From contig JAWAHS010000003.1 of assembly GCA_038889075.1 (NCBI GenBank), positions 17,564 to 81,563 of the forward strand: a stretch of 64,000 bases of DNA, given 5' to 3'. Under the pieces are notes generated by a model. The model made no database searches. It was not told the origin of the DNA and saw nothing but the letters and a program-made list of their open reading frames with translations. Source of the stretch: Ignisphaera sp. Its GTDB lineage: Archaea; Thermoproteota; Thermoprotei_A; Sulfolobales; Ignisphaeraceae. The stretch's first letter is position 1. Every line of letters begins with the position of its first letter. Below, in pieces: positions 22,922 to 32,790 of this stretch. The position numbers and the translations under genes are program-made.

Positions 22922-24165
22922 CTTAAATCCACTCTAAAACTCTCTGAAGGAAGCTCTATTCTTGCTCCTCCTCGTTCGGCTACCTCTATTAGAGACCTTA
23001 CAAATAGCTCAGCTTTATCTACTCCAATAAATTCTCTAGTACCATCTTCCAGTACCACAATTACCAATTTACCATTGAATACCTTTAGAAGCTCTTCAAG
23101 GGCGATAGATCCCTCTAACGCTAGCGTTATGAGATTTGTTATAAGCACCACAGCGTCGTAATCACTGGCTACTCTACCGAGATAGCCAGGAACTTGTGTA
23201 TAGACCTCTATAGTGGATTCACATCCACCTCCACTATCCAGAACTGAGAATATTCTATACAGCGATTCCACCAACGCTGTATTGACGCTCTCCACAACCT
23301 TAGGTATTATACCGCTGCAAATCGAGGCATCTATCGTAGCTCCATTTCTTGCAATGTATTCTATCAGCGACCTAGCATACCTGAGTTGTATATGTGCCAG
23401 TGTGTTAGGTTCTTCACCTATGTTCCACATATACTTCTTTATATCGATTAGGATGAGTGTCCTTGCTTTTGCCTCTCCATAATCCTCTCTAACCATAAGC
23501 CTTCCTGTTCTTGCATATACTTTCCATATGATTCTCCTTATATCATCTCCTGGTGTGTAGTCCCTAATGTTAGCTATATTGTATGCGCCTCCGATGGCTT
23601 TACCTTTAGTATGTATACTGAGAAGCCTCTGTAGGCTTTCTATATCTATTTTTATTGGAATTGACAGTGGTAGTGCTACAACCGTTGTCCTAATATTAAA
23701 TCTGTATTCACTATAAAAATAGTTTAGTGCATCACTTACAGTCAACACCAGCTCATTGAAATCGTGGGTTCCGGGCGCTAGAACCCTGGCCCTATATGTT
23801 ATCTCAATAGAAGAGCCCTGGGGTACTGTAACATCGAATTTTGCTTTACCATTCTCTGGCTTGATGTACTTAGGAGGTACATCGACAATCATCATACGTG
23901 GTATTGCTCTAGAACCTTGATTGACAATATTTATTGTGACCTCTATGTACTCAAGTTCGCTACATACAGTGCGGTTAATTGTTCTCGTAATTTTCAACTT
24001 CCCTATAGATCTATCTGCATCTTCAAATGACTTGTACTCATTGTAGTAGATGAGAATCATTGCAAGGGATAGTACTAGGGAGAACGCGTTTCTGGATAGA
24101 AATGCATAGAAAAGCATCATAATGGATATTGAAAGATGTACAACACTTGTAAACGTCGCTTTCAA
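22909..24165 (-). CDS. DUF58 / vWA-associated protein
   Basis: IRDYTPGDD.RRI.WK..AR.G.L.V.E signature; N-terminal TM. Confidence 0.9.
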   Translation of the reverse strand: MKATFTSVVHLSISIMMLFYAFLSRNAFSLVLSLAMILIYYNEYKSFEDADRSIGKLKITRTINRTVCSELEYIEVTINIVNQGSRAIPRMMIVDVPPKYIKPENGKAKFDVTVPQGSSIEITYRARVLAPGTHDFNELVLTVSDALNYFYSEYRFNIRTTVVALPLSIPIKIDIESLQRLLSIHTKGKAIGGAYNIANIRDYTPGDDIRRIIWKVYARTGRLMVREDYGEAKARTLILIDIKKYMWNIGEEPNTLAHIQLRYARSLIEYIARNGATIDASICSGIIPKVVESVNTALVESLYRIFSVLDSGGGCESTIEVYTQVPGYLGRVASDYDAVVLITNLITLALEGSIALEELLKVFNGKLVIVVLEDGTREFIGVDKAELFVRSLIEVAERGGARIELPSESFRVDLRWLK

Positions 24166-25121
24166 GGTATATCAACTTTCTCCATAATATCATCTATGAT
24201 ATCTTGAGGTTGTATCCTTGAGATTTTAGCTTCGCTTTTCACTATGATTCTGTGTGTGAGTGCTGCGTGTGCTACATATTTTATATCATCTGGTGTAACA
24301 TAGTCTCTACCTCTCATTAGAGCTATAGACTTCGAAAGCATATACAGTGCTATTGCCCCACGTGGCGATGCTCCCAGTTTGACCATATGATGTGTTCGCG
24401 TTGCTTCAACAATTGCTGCAATATACTTCCTGATATTTTCATCGACATAAACCTGCTTTGTGATATCTATAAGCATTGCTACATCATCTCTATTTAGAAC
24501 TGGTTTGAGATCGTCCAGCTGTGTTATCTCATGCAATTTTCCCAGCACTTCAACGGTTTCCTCGATTGTTGGATAACCGATGGTAATTTTAGATAGGAAT
24601 CTGTCGATCTGTGCCTCAGATAGTGGGAAAGTACCCTCAATTTCAATTGGATTCATGGTAGCTATTACTAGAAATGGTTGTGGAAGTTTATAGGTAGTAC
24701 CCTCAACGGTTACCTGCCTCTCCTGCATAGCTTCTAAAAGAGCCGATTGCGTTTTTGGAGGAGCTCGGTTTATTTCATCAACAAATAGTATGTTTGTAAA
24801 TATGGGACCCCTTCTAAATATGAACTTAGCCTCTCTAGGGTCAAATATTTGAACCCCGATTATATCTGATGGAAGCATATCTGGAGTGGCTTGAATTCTT
24901 TTAAACTCGAGGCCAAGCGTGGTCGCTATACATTTAGCAATCAGTGTCTTGGCAACTCCGGGCACCCCCTCAAGTAGAACATGTCCTTCTGCAAATAGTG
25001 TAGCTAGAATTAGTTCCAGCTCCCTTCTCTTCCCCACTATCTTTACCTGTATGTTTCTAATAGCTCTATCGATTAGTGCTGTATACCGCTCTATTTTTAT
25101 CTTTCTATTTCCTTCAGCCAT
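24162..25121 (-). CDS. MoxR-family AAA+ ATPase
   Basis: GHVLLEGVPGVAKT, RIQ.TPD.LPSD, DEINRAPPKTQSALLEAM, NPIE.EGT..L.EAQ.DRF, SPR. Confidence 0.96.
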   Translation of the reverse strand: MAEGNRKIKIERYTALIDRAIRNIQVKIVGKRRELELILATLFAEGHVLLEGVPGVAKTLIAKCIATTLGLEFKRIQATPDMLPSDIIGVQIFDPREAKFIFRRGPIFTNILFVDEINRAPPKTQSALLEAMQERQVTVEGTTYKLPQPFLVIATMNPIEIEGTFPLSEAQIDRFLSKITIGYPTIEETVEVLGKLHEITQLDDLKPVLNRDDVAMLIDITKQVYVDENIRKYIAAIVEATRTHHMVKLGASPRGAIALYMLSKSIALMRGRDYVTPDDIKYVAHAALTHRIIVKSEAKISRIQPQDIIDDIMEKVDIP

Positions 25122-26050
25122 ATAGATACACCTTTAGCTATATCATTAGCCAGCACGCTATACCCTTCTCTATCTTTCACCACCTTTTTTAGACCTATAT
25201 TCAGCTTTCTAGAGATACCAAACCGATTAATTGTATAGATCGCTACCAAACATATAATAGATAGAAAGGCTATAATCCTCCGAATGCAATCGGAACCTAC
25301 TAGATATGCGATAACCATATTCATCAGTATAGGGATGGTATTTAGAACGCGTGCTATTACCCTAGCTTCAATTGTACTGTATATTCTCGAACCTTCATAA
25401 ACAACTATACCCCTCCCACCTATTAAGAGATCTATGAGGAGCGTATTATTTACTGAATGTACCGTGTCCATAACATTGTTTATTATAAGGCTCGAATCAC
25501 CAAATACAATGAATGTGCCATTGTCATATGGTAGTAGAAGTGCTACCGGATTTCCATCCACTACACACAGTAGCTGTGCCTTGGTATTATCAGCTCTAAT
25601 CTCTCTAAATACATTGAATACCACATTGATAGTACTGTTACCTATGTTGCATACTCCAATATCCACGGTTCTATATAAGGTTCCCTGATAGACACCAATA
25701 CTATGTAAAAATGACGTAGTATGGTTCAGTTCATCCATTATCATTGCTACTCCTCCCCTACCAACCCATGCTATAACCTCCTCATATCCATCTACATCAC
25801 TATCTGGGCCTATTATGAGAAGGAGATACTTATTTGAATCATAGTATGGTAGGTTTTCTAAGCTGTATATTACCTCAACTCTACGTCTATATACCTCCTC
25901 AATGTAGAATCTGCTTATACCTCCAGAACCATTGTTGAATATTGATGGCGGATCGTACTCAATAGTTGTGTACAGTGGTGCTCCAGTTTGTGAAAATGTG
26001 AGGAGAGCTATAAGCAGTATGGTGATGAGAAGTGCCTTACTTTGTTTCAT
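25097..26050 (-). CDS. DUF4350-like membrane-anchored protein
   Basis: Signal peptide, S.FN....G.S, GG..., G.F.V.GDSS...N, C-terminal TM; MoxR operon context. Confidence 0.75.
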   Translation of the reverse strand: MKQSKALLITILLIALLTFSQTGAPLYTTIEYDPPSIFNNGSGGISRFYIEEVYRRRVEVIYSLENLPYYDSNKYLLLIIGPDSDVDGYEEVIAWVGRGGVAMIMDELNHTTSFLHSIGVYQGTLYRTVDIGVCNIGNSTINVVFNVFREIRADNTKAQLLCVVDGNPVALLLPYDNGTFIVFGDSSLIINNVMDTVHSVNNTLLIDLLIGGRGIVVYEGSRIYSTIEARVIARVLNTIPILMNMVIAYLVGSDCIRRIIAFLSIICLVAIYTINRFGISRKLNIGLKKVVKDREGYSVLANDIAKGVSIWLKEIER

Positions 26051-26591
26051 CTATATGATCTACCTCACTTAAAACTCTATCTATATCTCGTCTCTCCTTA
26101 CATCCATAGACAACATCTTCATATACATCAGCAAACCTACCATATATACCGATCTTGAATGCTATTTCCCTTGGTGTACATTGAAGACATTGCACTTTTT
26201 CTCTAAGTTTCATATAGTATTTACGTAAAATAGCTTTAACACCGGTATATACATACGTAACCTCTGGAACTCCTCTATATCCCTCCTTTGTACCAGAAAC
26301 AATTCTAGCTATGGTACCCCTATATCCAAATGACATATAGAAAACTGCGATAACAGCTATTATTGCAATTAATGAAATCAAAAATGCATACAATAAGTAG
26401 CTCCATGGTAGTATAAATGGCTGCTGCTCCCCTGGGGCGATTTCCATAGATACATTCACACCATTTCTGTAACCTACAGTTAAATTGTATTCCACATATG
26501 TATGGTTTGAGAGTCCTACGCCCCTTGGCATAGGTATGTATCTCTGTAGCGACACACTATACGCCTCATCAACAAAGATAAAGGAATACAA
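26037..26591 (-). CDS. DUF4129-like membrane protein
   Basis: Single TM followed by TPRE...F...YE.V.YG motif. Confidence 0.7.
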   Translation of the reverse strand: MYSFIFVDEAYSVSLQRYIPMPRGVGLSNHTYVEYNLTVGYRNGVNVSMEIAPGEQQPFILPWSYLLYAFLISLIAIIAVIAVFYMSFGYRGTIARIVSGTKEGYRGVPEVTYVYTGVKAILRKYYMKLREKVQCLQCTPREIAFKIGIYGRFADVYEDVVYGCKERRDIDRVLSEVDHIDETK

Positions 26592-26684
26592 CCCTTAAAA
26601 ACATTAAATTAAATTACCTTTATAGCAGGAACCAGAAAACGAGGTTTACAATACTAGCATCTCGATACCTTAAGATGGAGTGCT

Positions 26685-26735
26685 ATGATGTAATTGAGCC
26701 CGGGTCTGAAGATTGATGATCGGTGCAAACGCTGA
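26685..26735 (+). ncRNA. Box C/D methylation guide sRNA
   Basis: C ATGATGT, guide AATTGAGCCCGGGT, D' CTGA, C' TTGATGA, guide TCGGTGCAAACG, D CTGA. The D' guide is complementary to CCCGGGCTCAA, a typical 16S helix-21 sequence. Confidence 0.88.
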
Positions 26736-26880
26736 GCCCAACTAGATCTATCTCAATTCTTCTTAAATTTATATGTAGCACACCATCGTATTTGTGCTGT
26801 TGATAACTGTTGCTCTATTTCCCACATTCATTACCTAATTATTCTCTAAAAAGATTTGTGTTCGATGTATGTATCCATCT

Positions 26881-28080
26881 TCAGCACTTCTTAACATATA
26901 CGCCTGCTTTTAGATGATTATAGGCTAGTAACGCATATAGTGCCGTTCCCTTCCAGAGCACCTCTTCATCTACATTAAATTTTGGATGGTGGTGCGGATA
27001 CACAATTCCTTTACTTTCATTTCTAATTCCTAATACAATAAATACTCCTGGTATCTTCTGAAGATAGTACGAGAAATCCTCTGCTCCCATAGTCATAGGA
27101 GCCTCTCTAACGTCACCTAACTTCCTAGCTATATTCATAACGAAATCGGCTAGCTCTGGGGTGTTTACTACCGGTGGATATGAAACTTCAGAAAGCTCTA
27201 GAATACCTTCACAGTCCCAGGCAAGCGAATAGTGTTTCACTATAGCTTCTAGTCTTTTTAGAATCCTATCCCTCAGCTCTAGATCGAAGACTCTTAAAGT
27301 TCCGTAGATTCTGACCTCATCGGGAATTACATTACTTGCACTACTACCTTCAAATTTAGGTGTTGAGATAACTATGGGTGTAAACGGATCTACAGCCCTA
27401 GAAACTATCTTCTGAATGGCATTGTATATATCTGCTGCTGGTGTCGTCGGATCCCTAGTTAGCTCTGGATGCGCTGCATGGCCTCCCAAACCCTTGATCC
27501 TAATTATGAATGATGTTGCTGATGCATTCATAGCCCCTCTTCTGGTAGCTATAACACCTGATGGTAGCTCAGCCCATACATGAATCCCATAGATGGCCCC
27601 AACATCATCTAAAACACCCTCCCTAACTATTCTCTCAGCACCTGCACCACCCTCTTCAGCAGGTTGGAAAACAAGCTTAACAGAACCATTCAAGTAGTCC
27701 CTAAGCTCATTCAATACTTTAGCAGCACCTAATAGCATAGCTACATGAGCATCGTGACCACAAGCATGCATCCTCCCCGGAATTCTAGATTTATAGAAAA
27801 CATCATTCTCCTCATGAATAGGTAGAGCATCCATATCAGCCCTCAGAGCAACTATACCGTTATTTCCAGAGCCCCTAACCACGCCAATAACACCAGTACC
27901 AGCAACCCTAAACGCCTCAATACCCATAGCACTAAGCTCATCTAGTACAAGCTGAGCGGTTCTGTACTCCTCAAATCTTAATTCAGGATACATATGAATC
28001 TCTCTCCTCAGCTTAATAATATAATCGTTCAAGGACCTTGAATAGTTTATGATCTTGCCCTCAACATCATCGACAGACAT
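26881..28080 (-). CDS. M20D amidohydrolase / thermostable carboxypeptidase (CpsA-like)
   Basis: RRE.H..PEL, LRADMDALP, MHACGHD.H, QPAEEG, GGHAA.P, EDF, HHHP.F. Confidence 0.93.
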   Translation of the reverse strand: MSVDDVEGKIINYSRSLNDYIIKLRREIHMYPELRFEEYRTAQLVLDELSAMGIEAFRVAGTGVIGVVRGSGNNGIVALRADMDALPIHEENDVFYKSRIPGRMHACGHDAHVAMLLGAAKVLNELRDYLNGSVKLVFQPAEEGGAGAERIVREGVLDDVGAIYGIHVWAELPSGVIATRRGAMNASATSFIIRIKGLGGHAAHPELTRDPTTPAADIYNAIQKIVSRAVDPFTPIVISTPKFEGSSASNVIPDEVRIYGTLRVFDLELRDRILKRLEAIVKHYSLAWDCEGILELSEVSYPPVVNTPELADFVMNIARKLGDVREAPMTMGAEDFSYYLQKIPGVFIVLGIRNESKGIVYPHHHPKFNVDEEVLWKGTALYALLAYNHLKAGVYVKKC

Positions 28081-28403
28081 CTAAATCACCACGCAAGAAT
28101 AATACACAGTACACATTAATAAGCTAGTTAACTAAACTAATGGGACACTAACATCTAGTGAGACAAGCTACTGGTAACACCACTTCTCAATAGGAAAATT
28201 ATCATTAAGGTATGTAGAGCATTATCCAGAGGCACACTTAGATTGCGATTACCTTAGGCTACCAGTCCCCATCTTCGGTTGATATCCAAGGGCGCGTTGC
28301 TATAGATAGCAGGTTAGTTAAATTTAAATTAGCTATAAAAATCTAGAGAAGAAACGGTAAAGATAGTGGAATTGACTAAAACGTAAGGGAATGAAAGCAA
28401 TAC

Positions 28404-28730
28404 CTATATCATGAGACCCCACCAGTACAACTAAAAGCATAGTGGAGATTGAAGGTATAGAAAATGCATAATGCCGAACCCAGACTGGAGGGTAATAAAA
28501 GCAAAGCTCTTAGAAAGTCAACAGAAATGGATGCAAAATAGTATATTCGTAGGCAATGGAGTTGATGATGTGCCAGCGACAAACAGAGTAGAGCATTCAT
28601 AGAGAATTGGGTTGTGTGAACCAAACTAGAGGTTCTAATCCATGGTATGAGCGTGGAAAATAGCATTGGGTAATATATGTATAGAAGGAGTACTGAAATT
28701 TATGGTAGGAAAAGCTTTGGACTTCTAGTA
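28404..28730 (+). pseudogene. Eroded remnant of a class I/II PLP aminotransferase (HisC/CobD-like)
   Basis: Fragments in the expected order: LYHETP; 28471-28602 MPNPDWRVIKAKL...NSIFVGNGVDD (cf. YPDP...NI.VGNGSDE); KSFGL at 28710-28724 (cf. SKAFGLAG). Confidence 0.45.
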
Positions 28731-28889
28731 TAGTTCCATAAGGCTATAATAGGTGGTCTAGGGACTTCCGAATACTCTTCAACTATCATTCTATACATTA
28801 GGAGTGAATTTAAAGGCATTAAAGTCTAATGTTATAGTATCCATAGTCCAGCACTAACATTGTTGTAAACTGCATGTATGCTTAAAAAG

Positions 28890-28916
28890 GTGCACATATT
28901 ATAATGCCTAGTGTAC
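28890..28916 (+). promoter_or_regulatory. Putative repressor operator GTGCAC-N15-GTGTAC directly after TATA box
   Basis: CTTAAAAA (28881-28888), then GGTGCACATATTATAATGCCTAGTGTAC; matching copy at the fmdE promoter. Confidence 0.55.
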
Positions 28917-28929
28917 AGGCGTACAGGAT

Positions 28930-30072
28930 ATGCTGAATGCATTTAGGATATCTATTGTGATGGCGATCTTAGCAATCCTTGTAGTAGCATCTATTCTAGT
29001 TTATAGCTATATAAACCGCTCTTCTATAGCTAAAGAGGCTGAAAACTACATAGCTGTTGAAGATTTTGCTGGAAGAGTTGTTAAAGTTCCAAGAGATGTT
29101 AGGAGAATTGTAGCCTTAGGACCTGGTATGCTTAGGTTGATTTCCTATCTGAATTCGCTAGATCTTGTCGTAGGTACCGAAGAGGTTGAGCATACGTGGA
29201 CTACTCCAGGTAGAGATTACGCTATGGCTTACGGAGAGCTATTTAGGGGCCTACCAATTGTAGGCACTGGGGGTCCTAGGAATCCACCTGATCCAGAGAA
29301 GATCAGGATAGCCAAACCAGATCTTGTTGTGATGTTCCTAGGTTATACAGCTTTATACGATCCTGATAGACTTTCAGAAGAAGTCGGAGCCCCAGTTATA
29401 GCCGTTGATTATAGTCCTGCTGGCTACGTTGAGTTAGAGCCTGTGAAAAAAGCTTTAAGATTATTGGGTAAGGTGCTGGGGAGAGAAGCTAGAGCTGAAG
29501 AAATTTGCAAATTCATAGATTCGGTAGTTTCTGATCTCACGCTAAGGGTAAAAGATATAGATAGCAAGCCTATAGTATACGTAGGAGCCGTATCTTATGC
29601 TGGTAAAAGACCTTTTACAGCATCCCAAGCAGGATTTCCACCCCTATTGTTATTAAACACGAATTCTATAGCTGATGAGGTTAGCCAAAAACACGGTTTT
29701 GTAGAACTTGATTTTGAGTATCTACTGCAGAAACAGCCAGATGTAATATTTATAGATCTTAACAATTTGGATGTTGTTTTAGATGATTTTGCTAAAGATA
29801 AGGTGAAATACTGTTCGTTAAAAGCATTCAGAGATGGTAAAGTATACTCAATACTACCGTTTAACTACTACCATACTAACATTGCCACTGCACTTGCAGA
29901 TACGTACTACATAGGCAAAGTGTTATATCCAGAAAAATTTACAGATATAGATCCTGTGGCTAAAGCCGACGAGATATTCATGGCGTTCCTTGGTAAAGGG
30001 CTGTACGAGGAGTTTGTTAAAGGCTTTGGCAGAGGTTTTGGACAGCTCGGTGATCTATTTAACTGTGGGTAA
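28930..30072 (+). CDS. Metal/tetrapyrrole ABC transporter substrate-binding protein (FecB/BtuF/TroA-like)
   Basis: N-terminal TM, D..GR.V.VP..V.RIV, PDPE.I...KPDLV, QPDVIFID, LKA...G.VY..LP. Confidence 0.9.
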   Translation: MLNAFRISIVMAILAILVVASILVYSYINRSSIAKEAENYIAVEDFAGRVVKVPRDVRRIVALGPGMLRLISYLNSLDLVVGTEEVEHTWTTPGRDYAMAYGELFRGLPIVGTGGPRNPPDPEKIRIAKPDLVVMFLGYTALYDPDRLSEEVGAPVIAVDYSPAGYVELEPVKKALRLLGKVLGREARAEEICKFIDSVVSDLTLRVKDIDSKPIVYVGAVSYAGKRPFTASQAGFPPLLLLNTNSIADEVSQKHGFVELDFEYLLQKQPDVIFIDLNNLDVVLDDFAKDKVKYCSLKAFRDGKVYSILPFNYYHTNIATALADTYYIGKVLYPEKFTDIDPVAKADEIFMAFLGKGLYEEFVKGFGRGFGQLGDLFNCG

Positions 30073-30076
30073 ATAT

Positions 30077-31123
30077 ATGAATGTGGGATCGGTTCAAGAA
30101 CTTTTTTCGTCTAGAGCTTTAGTCTTGGTGGTGCTTGTACTGTTACTCCTATTCCTAATCCCTATAACCTCTTCTCTAGGTCTTTATAGAGTTACCTTTC
30201 TTGATGTTTTCAAGTTTTTTACAAGCTATAAGCCTCATGAGGAGGAGTTCATAGTCCTATGGATCAGACTTAGACGAGTTCTAGCCGGAGCCATTATCGG
30301 TGCTATTCTTGGTGGTGCTGGCGCGATAGCTCAGGCGGTATTCAGGAATCCTCTTGCCTCACCTTATACACTAGGTATTTCACATGCAGCGGCTTTAGGT
30401 GTTGCCGTAACCCTTATAATTGGATATGGTGGTGGAACAGCATACTGGTTTTTCACTATATCTAGGCCCTATCTACTACCCTTCGCAGCTTTTATGCTAG
30501 CTTTTGCACAAGCAATTCTAGTACTTTCTTTAGCATATAAAGCCGGGCTTTCACCTTATGCACTAATCCTATCATCTATAGCTTTAGCGTCCATATATCA
30601 AGCACTACTAGCCTTACTACAGTACCTAATTTTAAATGAGCTTCAGATAGCAACAATAGTTTTCTGGACCTTTGGCGATCTTGGTAGAATTGGTAATACA
30701 GAACTGGCGATTATGGCAATAGGCTTTATACCAATAGCAGTCCTCTACATGATTTCCAGCTTAGATCTAGATCTTCTAGTACTTGGTGACGAGACTTCCT
30801 ACGCCTCTGGGGTAAATCCTAAGAACGCTAGGCTTAAAACAATAACCTTAGCGACTCTCGGAGCATCCCTTGCAACATCTTTTGCTGGCGTACTCGCATT
30901 CCTATGCCTCGTTGCACCACATATAGCTAGATCCATCGTTGGCGGATCCCATAGATACTTAGTGCCAGCATCTATACTTCTAGGCTCTATACTTCTCATA
31001 CTTTCCGATACAATTTCGAGAATAGCTCTATCTCCAAGAGTTTTGCCTGTTGGTATAGTTCTATCGTTTTTAGGTGCACCACTCCTAATATTTATGCTCC
31101 TTAGAGGTTCGGCTAGATGGTGA
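30077..31123 (+). CDS. FecCD/BtuC-family permease
   Basis: IRL.R, Q.VFRNPLASP..LG.S..A, W.FG.L, F..L..PH.AR, LPVG....GAP; start set at ATG 30077. Confidence 0.93.
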   Translation: MNVGSVQELFSSRALVLVVLVLLLLFLIPITSSLGLYRVTFLDVFKFFTSYKPHEEEFIVLWIRLRRVLAGAIIGAILGGAGAIAQAVFRNPLASPYTLGISHAAALGVAVTLIIGYGGGTAYWFFTISRPYLLPFAAFMLAFAQAILVLSLAYKAGLSPYALILSSIALASIYQALLALLQYLILNELQIATIVFWTFGDLGRIGNTELAIMAIGFIPIAVLYMISSLDLDLLVLGDETSYASGVNPKNARLKTITLATLGASLATSFAGVLAFLCLVAPHIARSIVGGSHRYLVPASILLGSILLILSDTISRIALSPRVLPVGIVLSFLGAPLLIFMLLRGSARW

Positions 31124-31872
31124 TTATAAGAGTTGTAGATGTGTATATCTACTACGGAAAACACCGAGCTCTTAACGGTACTACACTTGAAATTTTGCCG
31201 AGAGAAGTAGTAGCTATTGTAGGTCCAAACGGAAGCGGTAAAACTACACTACTTAAAACAATAGATGGTATACTAAGCCCGAGTAGAGGATCTGTATACA
31301 TAGATAATAGGGATATCCATGGTTATGCAAGACGGGAACTGGCTAAGATCATAGGCTATGTACCCCAGAGAATAGACCCCGTGACAAATATGATGGTTCT
31401 AGACTTTGTTTTAACCGGGAGAAGACCTTATGCAGACTTTAGCTATAGTAAAGTAGACGTAGCTAAAGCTTTTGAAGCTCTCAGAGTTGTTGAAGCCGAA
31501 CACCTAGTATTTAGAAAGCTTAGTCAACTTAGCGGTGGTGAACTACAGAGGATTATTATTGCAAGAGCTCTTGTAGCCGAGCCTAAGGTTCTACTACTGG
31601 ATGAGCCTACATCAAATCTTGATCCCAGATACCAGGTGGAGATTCTAAAGCTTATCAGATATCTGGCCAAAGAAAGAGGTGTAGCTGTTATTATGGCTTT
31701 ACACGATCTTACACACGCTTATAGATTTTCAGATAAGGTTGTAATGCTCAAAAACGGAGATGTAGTTGTTTTTGGATTAACAGAAGATGTTCTAACATCC
31801 GAAAACATTGAGAAGGTGTTTGAGGTTAAAGCGAAAGTAATTAAAGATTTGAAAGCTGTAGTTATTGGGTAG
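31117..31872 (+). CDS. FecE/BtuD-family ABC ATPase
   Basis: GPNGSGKT, YVPQ, LSGGE.QR, LLLDEPT, LHDL. Confidence 0.95.
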   Translation: MVIIRVVDVYIYYGKHRALNGTTLEILPREVVAIVGPNGSGKTTLLKTIDGILSPSRGSVYIDNRDIHGYARRELAKIIGYVPQRIDPVTNMMVLDFVLTGRRPYADFSYSKVDVAKAFEALRVVEAEHLVFRKLSQLSGGELQRIIIARALVAEPKVLLLDEPTSNLDPRYQVEILKLIRYLAKERGVAVIMALHDLTHAYRFSDKVVMLKNGDVVVFGLTEDVLTSENIEKVFEVKAKVIKDLKAVVIG

Positions 31873-32560
31873 CATTAATACCTACAATTCCATAGGGAAT
31901 ACTTCTGAGCTTATGAATACCTCTGCCTATAACAGCATCTATAGCTAAGCCCGAACAAGCGTAGCATAATATTTGCCCATCGATGTTCAAAGCTTTTGTC
32001 TCCATAACAAGTTCTCCACATTTTGAACATCTAACACTTTTGAATATAGGTGCTTTCTCTATATCCTCAATAAGCTCCACATCTTGAATAACAAATTCTT
32101 CTCTAGGTATCTCAGCCATTCTATAGCCTATCTCTTCCCACAAAATATGGAGCTTCTCTACCTCCTCTTTACTACCTTTTCTCTCAACAACAACTTTTTG
32201 AAAAAGCTTAATTGCTTCCTCAGGGAAGTACTTCTGCCTAAGTTTTTCAGAATCTATGTATACCCTAATACCTCTACTTCTACCTCTTCTAAATAGCACT
32301 ACAGCATTCTTGCCTAAATCAAGGTATATTAGTGAATTGTTGCCAAAGGTACATCCAGTAGCTATTTGAACACCATCAACTAGACAGTTATTAACTTCAA
32401 CAACAGCTATCAGCTCCTCTTCAATAGTTTCAACAACGCCTGCTCTACTAACACCAAGCCTTTCCATAGCCATCTCCGACATTCTAAGACCTAGCACGAG
32501 AAACGGACATATATGTCCATGGAGCCTCCTAGCTTTTTCGATAAGCTCTTTTGAAACCAT
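31862..32560 (-). CDS. FmdE-family protein with C-terminal zinc finger
   Basis: HGH.CP..LG.R, C..DG.Q..TGCT.G, C..CGE...C..C. Confidence 0.92.
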   Translation of the reverse strand: MVSKELIEKARRLHGHICPFLVLGLRMSEMAMERLGVSRAGVVETIEEELIAVVEVNNCLVDGVQIATGCTFGNNSLIYLDLGKNAVVLFRRGRSRGIRVYIDSEKLRQKYFPEEAIKLFQKVVVERKGSKEEVEKLHILWEEIGYRMAEIPREEFVIQDVELIEDIEKAPIFKSVRCSKCGELVMETKALNIDGQILCYACSGLAIDAVIGRGIHKLRSIPYGIVGINATQ

Positions 32561-32566
32561 ATCAAG

Positions 32567-32593
32567 TCACACCTTGATACTATAAATGTGCAC
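32567..32593 (-). promoter_or_regulatory. Putative repressor operator GTGCAC-N15-GTGTGA directly after TATA box
   Basis: Minus strand TTTATATT, then GGTGCACATTTATAGTATCAAGGTGTGA; same geometry as the site at 28890. Confidence 0.55.
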
Positions 32594-32678
32594 CAATATA
32601 AATCTATCGTATCGTGGCTACCATAGTGCAGGCTTCCATCTCGTTCAGCGTGTTCTACGCTAAAACCTTACTCGATGT

Positions 32679-32702
32679 AAGAGATTGCTGCAGCAATCTC
32701 TT
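32679..32702. repeat. Perfect 24-bp palindrome
   Basis: AAGAGATTGCTG|CAGCAATCTCTT, checked base by base. Confidence 0.9.
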
Positions 32703-32790
32703 TCAGCTCTTCCAATCGCATTGCTGATATTCATCATATACAACGTATGCTCAGAAAGCATTTGAAAAACGTTGAAGCCATTCAATTGTG

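Noticed and set aside
28563-28620. C/D sRNA starting at TGATGA
   Set aside because: No proper C'/D boxes; the sequence is explained as VDD codons of the aminotransferase remnant.
32703-32737. C box plus CTGA on the minus strand
   Set aside because: Only one box pair, 24 nt apart, with no internal D'/C'.
26881-32790. tRNA-Arg-anchored genomic island or provirus
   Set aside because: No integrase, no duplicated tRNA fragment and no viral genes in the window.
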